Positions 12,901 through 22,785 of a stretch of 64,000 nucleotides of DNA are shown in pieces. How positions within the stretch are numbered: the stretch's first letter is position 1; each line of letters begins with the position of its first letter. The translations under genes were made by a program, and so were the position numbers. The notes beneath the pieces were generated by a model, which was not told the DNA's origin, ran no database searches, and saw only the letters and a list, made by a program, of their open reading frames with translations. Source of the stretch: Veleropilina oligotropha (taxonomy: Eukaryota); assembly GCA_048128005.1 (NCBI GenBank), contig JBEUKZ010000054.1, positions 248,001 through 312,000 of the forward strand, read 5' to 3'.

Positions 12901-15900
12901 TCGCGTGGGGCCTTGCCCCAATGCTGAGTTGAAAGCAGGAGAGGGGGTTTCACACCTTCGCGTGGGGCCTTGCCCCAATGCAGAGTTGAAAGCAGGAGAG
13001 GGGTTTCACACCTTCGCGTGGGGCCTTGCCCCAATGCAGAGTTGAAAGCAGGAGAGGGGGTTTCACACCTTCGCGTGGGGCCTTGCCCCAATGCAGAGTT
13101 GAAAGCAGGAGAGGGGGTTTCACACCTTCGCGTGGGGCCTTGCCCCAATGCAGAGTTGAAAGCAGGAGAGGGGGTTTCACACCTTCGCGTGGGGCCTTGC
13201 CCCAATGCAGAGTTGAAAGCAGGAGAGGGGGTTTCACACCTTCGCGTGGGGCCTTGCCCCAATGCAGAGTTGAAAGCAGGAGAGGGGGTTTCACACCTTC
13301 GCGTGGGGCCTTGCCCCAATGCTGAGTTGAAAGCAGGAGAGGGGGTTTCACACCTTCGCATGGGGCCTTGCCCCAATGCTGAGTTGAAAGCAGGAGAGGG
13401 GGTTTCACACCTTCGCGTGGGGCCTTGCCCCAATGCTGAGTTGAAAGCAGGAGAGGGGGTTTCACACCTTCGCGTGGGGCCTTGCCCCAATGCTGAGTTG
13501 AAAGCAGGAGAGGGGGTTTCACACCTTCGCGTGGGGCCTTGCCCCAATGCTGAGTTGAAAGCAGGAGAGGGGGTTTCACACCTTCGCGTGGGGCCTTGCC
13601 CCAATGCTGAGTTGAAAGCAGGAGAGGGGGTTTCACACCTTCGCGTGGGGCCTTGCCCCAATGCTGAGTTGAAAGCAGGAGAGGGGGTTTCACACCTTCG
13701 CGTGGGGCCTTGCCCCAATGCAGAGTTGAAAGCAGGAGAGGGGTTTCACACCTTCGCGTGGGGCCTTGCCCCAATGCAGAGTTGAAAGCAGGAGAGGGGG
13801 TTTCACACCTTCGCGTGGGGCCTTGCCCCAATGCAGAGTTGAAAGCAGGAGAGGGGGTTTCACACCTTCGCGTGGGGCCTTGCTCCAATGCAGAGTTGAA
13901 AGCAGGAGAGGGGGTTTCACACCTTCGCGTGGGGCCTTGCCCCAATGCAGAGTTGAAAGCAGGAGAGGGGGTTTCACACCTTCGCGTGGGGCCTTGCCCC
14001 AATGCAGAGTTGAAAGCAGGAGAGGGGGTTTCACACCTTCGCGTGGGGCCTTGCCCCAATGCTGAGTTGAAAGCAGGAGGGGGTTTCACACCTTCGCGTG
14101 GTGCCTTGCCCCAATGCAGAGTTGAAAGCAGGAGAGGGGGATTCACACCTTCGCGTGGGGCCTTGCCCCAATGCTGAGTTGAAAGCAGGAGGGGGTTTCA
14201 CACCTTCGCGTGGGGCCTTGCCCCAATGCTGAGTTGAAAGCAGGAGGGGGTTTCACCCCTTCGCGTGGTGCCTTGCCCCAATGCAGAGTTGAAAGCAGGA
14301 GAGGGGGTTTCACACCTTCGCGTGGGGCCTTGCCCCAATGCTGAGTTGAAAGCAGGAGAGGGGGTTTCACACCTTCGCGTGGGGCCTTGCCCCAATGCAG
14401 AGTTGAAAGCAGGAGAGGGGGTTTCACACCTTCGCGTGGGGCCTTGCCCCAATGCTGAGTTGAAAGCAGGAGAGGGGGTTTCATACCTTCGCGTGGGGCC
14501 TTGCCCCAATGCAGAGTTGAAAGCAGGAGAGGGGGTTTCACACCTTCACGTGGGGCCTTGCCCCAATGCAGAGTTGGGTTTCACGCCTTCACGTGGGGCC
14601 TTGCCCCAATGCAGAGTTGAAAGCAGGAGAGGGGGTTTCACACCTTCACGTGGGGCCTTGCCCCGATGCAGAGCTGAAAGCAAGAGAGAGGGTTCACACC
14701 TTCGCGTGGGGCCCAATGCTGAGTTGAAAGCAGGAGGGGGTTTCACACCTTCATGTGGGGCCTTGCCCCAATGCAGAGTTGAAAGCAGGAGAGGGGGTTT
14801 CACACCTTCGCATGGGGCCTTGCCCCAATGCACAGTTGGGTTTCACACCTTCACGTGGGGCCTTGCCCCAATGCAGAGTTGAAAGCAGGAGAGGGGGTTT
14901 CACACCTTCACGTGGGGCCCAATGCAGAGCTGAAAGCAGGAGAGGGGGTTTCACACCTTCACGTGGGGCCTTGCCCCAATGCAGAGTTGAAAGCAGGAGA
15001 GGGGGTTTCACACCTTCGCGTGGGGCCTTGCCCCAATGCAGAGTTGAAAGCAGGAGAGGGGGTTTCACACCTTCGCGTGGGGCCTTGCCCCAATGCAGAG
15101 TTGAAAGCAGGAGAGGGGGTTTCACACCTTCGCGTGGGGCCTTGCCCCAATGCTGAGTTGAAAGCAGGAGGGGGTTTCACACCTTCGCGTGGGGCCTTGC
15201 CCCAATGCAGAGTTGAAAGCAGGAGAGGGGGTTTCACACCTTCGTGTGGGGCCTTGCCCCAATGCTGAGTTGAAAGCAGGAGGGGGTTTCACACCTTCGC
15301 GTGGGGCCTTGCCCCAATGCAGAGTTGAAAGCAGGAGAGGGGGTTTCACACCTTCGCGTGGGGCCTTGCCCCAATGCAGAGTTGAAAGCAGGAGAGGGGG
15401 TTTCACACCTTCGCGTGGGGCCTTGCCCCAATGCAGAGTTGAAAGCAGGAGAGGGGGTTTCACACCTTCGCGTGGGGCCTTGCCCCAATGCAGAGTTGAA
15501 AGCAGGAGAGGGGTTTCACACCTTCGCGTGGGGCCTTGCCCCAATGCAGAGTTGAAAGCAGGAGAGGGGGTTTCACACCTTCGCGTGGGGCCTTGCCCCA
15601 ATGCAGAGTTGAAAGCAGGAGAGGGGGTTTCACACCTTCGCGTGGGGCCTTGCCCCAATGCAGAGTTGAAAGCAGGAGAGGGGGTTTCACACCTTCGCGT
15701 GGGGCCTTGCCCCAATGCAGAGTTGAAAGCAGGAGAGGGGGTTTCACACCTTCGCGTGGGGCCTTGCCCCAATGCAGAGTTGGGTTTCACACCTTCACGT
15801 GGGGCCTTGCCCCAATGCAGAGTTGAAAGCAGGAGAGGGGTTTCACACCTTCACGTGGGGCCTTGCCCCAATGCAGAGTTGAAAGCAGGAGAGGGGGTTT

Positions 15901-17671
15901 CACACCTTCACGTGGGGCTTGCCCCAATGCAGAGTTGAAAGCAGGAGAGGGGGTTTCACACCTTCGCGTGGGGCCTTGCCCCAATGCTGAGTTGAAAGCA
16001 GGAGGGGGTTTCACACCTTCGCGTGGTGCCTTGCCCCAATGCTGAGTTGAAAGCAGGAGGGGGTTTCACACCTTCGCGTGGTGCCTTGCCCCAATGCAGA
16101 GTTGAAAGCAGGAGAGGGGGTTTCACACCTTCGCGTGGGGCATTGCCCCAATGCAGAGTTGAAAGCAGGAGAGGGGGTTTCACACCTTCGCGTGGTGCCT
16201 TGCCCCAATGCTGAGTTGAAAGCAGGAGGGGGTTTCACACCTTCGCGTGGTGCCTTGCCCCAATGCAGAGTTGAAAGCAGGAGAGGGGGTTTCACACCTT
16301 CGCGTGGGGCCTTGCCCCAATGCAGAGTTGAAAGCAGGAGAGGGGGTTTCACACCTTCGCGTGGGGCCTTGCCCCAATGCAGAGTTGGGTTTCACACCTT
16401 CACGTGGGGCCTTGCCCCAATGCAGAGTTGAAAGCAGGAGAGGGGTTTCACACCTTCACGTGGGGCCTTGCCCCAATGCAGAGTTGAAAGCAGGAGAGGG
16501 GGTTTCACACCTTCACGTGGGGCTTGCCCCAATGCTGAGTTGAAAGCAGGAGGGGGTTTCACACCTTCGCGTGGTGCCTTGCCCCAATGCAGAGTTGAAA
16601 GCAGGAGAGGGGGTTTCACACCTTCGCGTGGGGCCTTGCCCCAATGCTGAGTTGAAAGCAGGAGGGGGTTTCACACCTTCGCGTGGTGCCTTGCCCCAAT
16701 GCTGAGTTGAAAGCAGGAGGGGGTTTCACACCTTCGCGTGGTGCCTTGCCCCAATGCAGAGTTGAAAGCAGGAGAGGGGGTTTCACACCTTCGCGTGGGG
16801 CCTTGCCCCAATGCTGAGTTGAAAGCAGGAGGGGGTTTCACACCTTCGCGTGGGGCCTTGCCCCAATGCTGAGTTGAAAGCAGGAGGGGGTTTCACACCT
16901 TCGCGTGGTGCCTTGCCCCAATGCAGAGTTGAAAGCAGGAGAGGGGGTTTCACACCTTCGCGTGGGGCCTTGCCCCAATGCTGAGTTGAAAGCAGGAGAG
17001 GGGGTTTCACACCTTCGCGTGGGGCCTTGCCCCAATGCTGAGTTGAAAGCAGGAGAGGGGGTTTCACACCTTCGCGTGGGGCCTTGCCCCAATGCTGAGT
17101 TGAAAGCAGGAGAGGGGGTTTCACACCTTCGCGTGGGGCCTTGCCCCAATGCTGAGTTGAAAGCAGGAGAGGGGGTTTCACACCTTCGCGTGGGGCCTTG
17201 CCCCAATGCTGAGTTGAAAGCAGGAGAGGGGGTTTCACACCTTCGCGTGGGGCCTTGCCCCAATGCAGAGTTGAAAGCAGGAGAGGGGTTTCACACCTTC
17301 GCGTGGGGCCTTGCCCCAATGCAGAGTTGAAAGCAGGAGAGGGGGTTTCACACCTTCGCGTGGGGCCTTGCCCCAATGCAGAGTTGAAAGCAGGAGAGGG
17401 GGTTTCACACCTTCGCGTGGGGCCTTGCCCCAATGCAGAGTTGAAAGCAGGAGAGGGGGTTTCACACCTTCGCATGGGGCCTTGCCCCAATGCAGAGTTG
17501 AAAGCAGGAGAGGGGGTTTCACACCTTCGCGTGGGGCCTTGCCCCAATGCAGAGTTGAAAGCAGGAGAGGGGGTTTCACACCTTCGCGTGGGGCCTTGCC
17601 CCAATGCAGAGTTGAAAGTATATTTCCAAAAGTTGGACCCCCACATTTTCAAAATCCCACATCCGCCCCTG
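6906..17671. mobile_element. MITE (CAGG..GGATCCAG TIR type, 5-bp TSD) whose interior is expanded by a satellite array
   Basis: Left end aagggggatccagg (degenerate TIR), right end atccgcccctg. AAGCT duplicated at 6901-6905 and 17672-17676. Internal sequence is homologous to the MITE at 45242-45672. Confidence 0.72.
7005..17618. repeat. 57-bp tandem satellite, roughly 190 units, with higher-order structure
   Basis: Unit ttgccccaatgcagagttgaaagcaggagagggggtttcacaccttcgcgtggggcc, with 55/56-bp and ~43-bp variants. Confidence 0.98.
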
Positions 17672-17972
17672 AAGCTCGACAACGTGTGCATAAATCCCGC
17701 ATCCGCCCCCGAAGCTCGACAATGTGTGCATAAATCCTGCATCCGCCCCTGAAGCTCGACGTGTGCATAAATCCTGCATCCGCCCCTGAAGCTCGACAAC
17801 GTGTGCATAAATCCCGCATCCGCCCCCGAAGCTCGACAATGTGTGCATAAATCCTGCATCCGCCCCTGAAGCTCGACAACGTGTGCATAAATCCTGCATC
17901 CGCCCCTGAAGCTCGACAACGTGAGCATAAATCCCGCATCCGCCCCTGAAGCTCGACAACGTGTGCATAAAT
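17652..17972. repeat. 40-bp tandem repeat (8 units) made of the MITE right TIR, TSD and flank
   Basis: Unit atccgcccctgaagctcgacaacgtgtgcataaatcc(c/t)gc; one unit lacks 3 bp. Confidence 0.92.
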
Positions 17973-18399
17973 GCGTCACACCACCTTTCATTAACTGATT
18001 CACTGTGGTAATTCACCATGTTATTGTATAACGAGAAAAGGAACACGTTGAGCCTAATTTTAAATTTATATGAAGAATAGTTTTAATTCTTATGCACAAA
18101 AGACGTAAACCGGAAATTGCGTCATAAAATCAGATCCTGATAATCTTTGAGGACGACCGTTCCAGGGGTACATCCTATCTAGTATAAAATTTGAGTAAAT
18201 CGGATCAACAGTTTTTGAGATGTGAATGCTAACATTTTAATTATAAATTCATTATATAATTAAAGGAACAGCATGAAATACTTTTTTAAAATAACAAGAT
18301 TACACTCAATATTCTTTTATTTCCTTAGTATCAACTCTGCACAATGTCATACATACAAGGCGAGGTCGATTATTTTAGGTTAAAAACCACAATTTGACA

Positions 18400-18592
18400 A
18401 TTTTCAGTCCTATCTGTAGTCCGAACCTCAGTTTAGCATTTCCTTCGAAGGACGCCGACGGGTGACATGGTTTTAAGCCATCCCTTCTATTAGTTTTATG
18501 TGTTAGAATAAGACACGCCAGAGCGGGAATTGAACACACATCCTACTGTCCCACTTAACGCTTATTACGATGCTCTACTAGTGAAGCTACCA
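18400..18592 (-). mobile_element. Possible decayed tRNA-derived SINE head
   Basis: Minus strand has an A-box-like tagcttcactagtagagc and a B-box-like gttcaattcc; boundaries uncertain. Confidence 0.35.
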
Positions 18593-19005
18593 AGGACAGT
18601 CGTGTCATACATACGAAATTAATTATATTCTTACATGATTATTTCACGTACTTGTCAAATGGACAAAATTCACAGCAAAAATATAATGTTGCATTTACGG
18701 TACACATTGAAAATAATATTCTAAGCAGTTTACATTTTGTTGATGATTAACTTTCATGAATAACGTTACCAAAAGGAAACAGATCCGCAATATATCGTAC
18801 AAAATTTGATGTTGATATGAGGTTTTAAGGTAAACCTAATATTAGTTAAAACATACTTACGTCCTTACTCTTGCCATAATAGTCATATTATCGCTAACCG
18901 GAAACAGTGAATAAAGTCACATTTATGCACTAATTAAGTCAAAACATACCACGATCACCTCCCCTGCTTCCCCTCTCTAAGTTCCTCCAGCGAGATCTCG
19001 CCAAG

Positions 19006-19015
19006 TCTCGCGAGA
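19006..19015. promoter_or_regulatory. TCTCGCGAGA palindrome (CGCG promoter element) in the DIRS ITRs
   Basis: Exact at 19006, 25941, 34092, 41266 and 58331; variant tcccgcgaga at 46788; surrounding ITR sequence diverges between families. Confidence 0.5.
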
Positions 19016-19113
19016 CATCCGGGCTATCAAGTCACCAGACATCAATTCAAAGTTCAGAACCCCAAAGGAACTTAGCAGAGGGGAGGAATGCGAAGCAGGG
19101 TGGGTAATCGTGG

Positions 19114-19202
19114 TAAGGACGTAAGTATGTTTTAACTAATATTAGGTTTACCTTAAAACCTCATATGTAGTTACAAACTTACTTACGTCCTTACTCTTGC
19201 CA
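19114..19202 (-). other. Internal complementary region (ICR) of DIRS A; equivalents at 34218-34309 (B), 46902-46991 (C), 58443-58532 (D)
   Basis: One half is the reverse complement of the left terminus and the other half of the right terminus; they join at cctcATATgtag, the circle junction. Confidence 0.92.
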
Positions 19203-19254
19203 GAATAACCTTGGATAGGTGGGTAAGAAGTTCCTTACAGCAAACCCAAACAAG

Positions 19255-19905
19255 ATAATGACTTACTTTTCACCATGGCAATCAGCTCGAAGCGTCGATT
19301 GTGTCCGCCCAGAGTGGAATTTACTGAGAATTATATGCAACTCTTACCAAGCGAGAATTTCGACCAGTGTTACCGGGAGAATACGCCGTGGTGTTAGACG
19401 GACGAGGTGAACGGAAGTGCAATCAGCCCCAGGCACGGCCGGAAGGATGAATCCCTGTAGGTCTTACGTGTCATGGGCCAGTGGCAGCCAAATGGTACTC
19501 CTGGCCAAAGGCCGGTAGCCAGAGGATGCAGTCGGATTTGTAAGCACACGGAACCTAATAGGTTGTGAAAGCGTGAAATCAAAGCAAAGAATTAATAGAT
19601 TAAATAAATAATCGATATTAATAATTGATTCGCATGACCAACTTGCGAAACGCTAACATGTAAGACATGTTACTTAAAATAAAATTTAAGGAAGCAAATA
19701 TTAAATTTTTTCCAATGTCTTGAACATCGTATGTTCTATACGTACAGCATAGAACATCAATAATATTGAACCTCAAATCAAATAAGATTTTCGCAATATG
19801 ATTGTTTATTAATTCAATGTAATCTGGCATTGTCAATATACTCAGGTATGACATGAAAGTATCAAGATCTTAAAATGTTTTTAAGAAATGAACAGACATT
19901 GAATC
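19255..19905 (-). ncRNA. Candidate conserved structured RNA domain in the DIRS 3' non-coding region (copy A)
   Basis: Conserved blocks and compensatory base changes versus 34360-35010, 47040-47710 and 58590-59235; no shared open frame. Confidence 0.6.
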
Positions 19906-21381
19906 GCCTCATAATGTGTCTATTTCATAGAACAACGAGGCCAACAAATAACAATGCGTCAGCATGAATTATGTAAATTGATCAATCAACAAATAATACT
20001 CACTGATTAGACGACCTCGGTCTAACAATACATCGTTGAGCAGTTACTATGTAGACTGCACAATCCATCAGCCGCATGGAATAATCCCCAGAAAAGGCTT
20101 AATAAAGACATTTTTGAGAGGCAACGCTGAGAAGTGAATCTGCGAAAACACGGACCTCGTGTGCGCGGAACGATACAATAGTGCGTGCGGCCTACTTTTC
20201 ACAGCGAGAGAAGTCTCTCACTACCTGTGAAAACCTCCGCGAAACAGTCGTCTATGAAATGTCGCGGATACAAGAAGGTAAATACGAATAAAATATACGT
20301 AGTTTTCTCTGCCGCGCATCACGGATCCTGTCGAGGAAGTAACGTAGGCACGCATATGACAGATTCATCGGTCCACATCGGGTCTCTGACCAGCGCTAGG
20401 GGATAACGATATCGGTTGCGTCGTCGATCGGCCGTTGATTCTTGGCGAGGAAACCCAAGATATGACGCCGCATCACCGACCCGTCGACTGGAAACGAACG
20501 TCTCGTAGCTCTCGGATAGACTATGAAATACGGAACAACGCCTGCCCGACGCTAAGGCGATCAGAAAAAACTGTTTTGTGCGTTAAGTTCCTCATAGAGG
20601 ACGGGCCCATAGGCTAGTCGGGTAGAAAGAGAGCGTTAAGAAATGAGAGCGATGTTTCAGGCTGGCCGAATCGTACGGGTCGAAATTTTGAGTTCGAAGG
20701 ATCGCAGAAATCCAAATAGTTCGGTCGCTAGGTAGGCTAACACGGGCACGGCACTCGCGACCGTTGCCCGATAGCTTTGACGGCGGACACTGACATACCG
20801 CGTTCAAAGAGCGACGATAAAAACTCAATAAACTTGTTCACAGGGGGCGGAGTATATTGACCTGCCGACTGTGACACCAATCCACGTACTTAACCCATCG
20901 GTAGTCATAAACTTTAGTCGTGGAAGCCTTCTCGATCGATAGATGCGTAGGGCTGTTGTGCGAGAAATTCCTTTCTTAGCAAGGGATCGTTCGATAACCG
21001 CCAGGCGTGTAAACGTAAGTCGTTCGGCGATGTTGTAATACACGGCTGCGCGCCTGCATTAACCGGCCCGGTCTCTGCGGGAGCGATAACGGTCGGTCGA
21101 CGATCAGATCGAGGAGGGTCGGAAACCAAGGTTGCGTGCGATATAGGGGCGCGATTAGCGTTATCTGCAACGTTCGTTCGAAGCCTTCTGTAATACCAGT
21201 GTTAGAATGCACGACGGGGGGAAGGCATACGCAGACAGATTCTCCCATGTCATTGACAGTGCGGCGACCGCTAGGGCGGCCGGGTCCGGGTACGGGGAGA
21301 CATACAGAGGTAGTCGGTAATGAAATTCTGTTGCAAACAGATCGACTCGGGGTTGTGACCACCGGCGACAAACGTCCCGAG

Positions 21382-22785
21382 CTACTCGGCTGTGTAGCTC
21401 CAATCTGTGTGTATTATCTGTGATTTCCGAGAGAGCGAATCCGCTCTGACATTCAGCTTTCCCGGGATGTGTCGGGCTCGAATCGTCGAGTTGAGGGACT
21501 TCACTAGGCGGTGTAGGTCTATTGCTCGGTCGCAAAGGGGACGCGAGCGAGTGCCGCCCTGGTGCTGGATGTAAGCGACGACAGTCGTGTTGTCCGTGGC
21601 GAGCATTATGTGCTTGTTGCGGAGATGTGACGAGAGGGACCGTACTGACAGGTAGACGGCTTCTAACTCTAGGAAGTTGATGTGTCGTCCCTGAAGGTCC
21701 GTCGGCCATAGGCCTGATGTCTCGTAACTGTCGAGGTGACCACCCCAGCCGTCGTTCGAAGCGTCTGTGAACAGGTAAGCGTTCGGCTCTGGCGGGGAGA
21801 TAGGAACCGACTGGTCCGGCAAAGCAGGGTTCAACCACACTGCTGTTGTGCTGGTAAACCAATGCCGTAGATCGATGCGATCCGTCCACTGCCCCGTCCG
21901 TTGTATCCAGCGATCCCTGAACGCCTGCTGCAACGGTCGTTTGTCCATGTGACCCGTCGGTAGCAGGGTCGCTACCGACTCGATGTGCCCTAGGACAGTG
22001 GCCAGTTGTCGCGCTGTAGTTACGTCCGATGACAGGGTGTCTTGGATAACCGCGCGTAGGTTCCGCATACGCTTCTGGGTCGGCTTCACGGTGTACCGGA
22101 CCGTATCGAAGACGACGCCGAGGAACGTAAACGTCGTCGAGGGCACGAAGCAGGATTTTGTCTCGTTGATCTGAAATCCCAGGCGCTTCGTCGATGACAG
22201 GGTAAAGCTCGTAGACCGGAGGCACAGATCCCGGGACGCCCCGAGGATCAGCCAGTCGTCGAGGTACATATGTACCCTGTGCCCTAGAGAGTGTAGGAAG
22301 GCCCCTAGGGCCTGTACTGTTCTCGTGAAGATGTAAGGGGCTGACGATAGACCGAACGGTAGGCACCTGAATTGGTAGATCGTCTCCCCGAGTATAAACC
22401 GAAGGTACTGATGAGCCGTGACATGCATCGGGACATGCAGATACGCGTCGGTCAGATCGATAGACGCTGCCCAGTCGCCCGGACGGATGGCCGCTCGAAT
22501 CTTCGAGAGGGTTTCTTGCTGGAATTTCTCGGTACGAAGATATCGGTTGAGATATGAGAGATCGAGGATCGGTCTCCAGCGGCCATCGGGTTTCGGGACC
22601 AGGAAGAAATGGCTGTAAAATCCTGGTGTGCTGGGCGGCGCGGGATATATCGCTCTTTTTAGGAGCAAATCCCGCACTGCCTGGTCTAAGACCGCTTGTT
22701 TCTCTCCGTTTAGGAGGCGAGCGTGGCTTGGTGGTGGTGCCTCGTTTAGGGTCGGATGCCGGTTGAACCAACTTGTATCCGGCAC
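21382..22785 (-). pseudogene. DIRS A RT-RNase H segment (uninterrupted), flanked by frameshifted gag and methyltransferase/YR
   Basis: [71 protein letters not shown]. Confidence 0.88.

Noticed and set aside
7005..17972. CRISPR-like appearance of the arrays
   Set aside because: Head-to-tail units without unique spacers, no cas genes, eukaryotic context.
6931..18046. Numerous ORFs (GPCPNAELKAG..., KPPLLLSTLHWG...)
   Set aside because: Translations of a 57-bp (19-codon) satellite with frequent frame-breaking unit variants.
19330..19410. Twister-like start (ccgtcTAACAC...gggcgg) and HDV/CPEB3-like ttcacct in the 3' domain
   Set aside because: The remaining catalytic consensus and pseudoknots were not found by eye, and these bases are better explained by other covarying helices.
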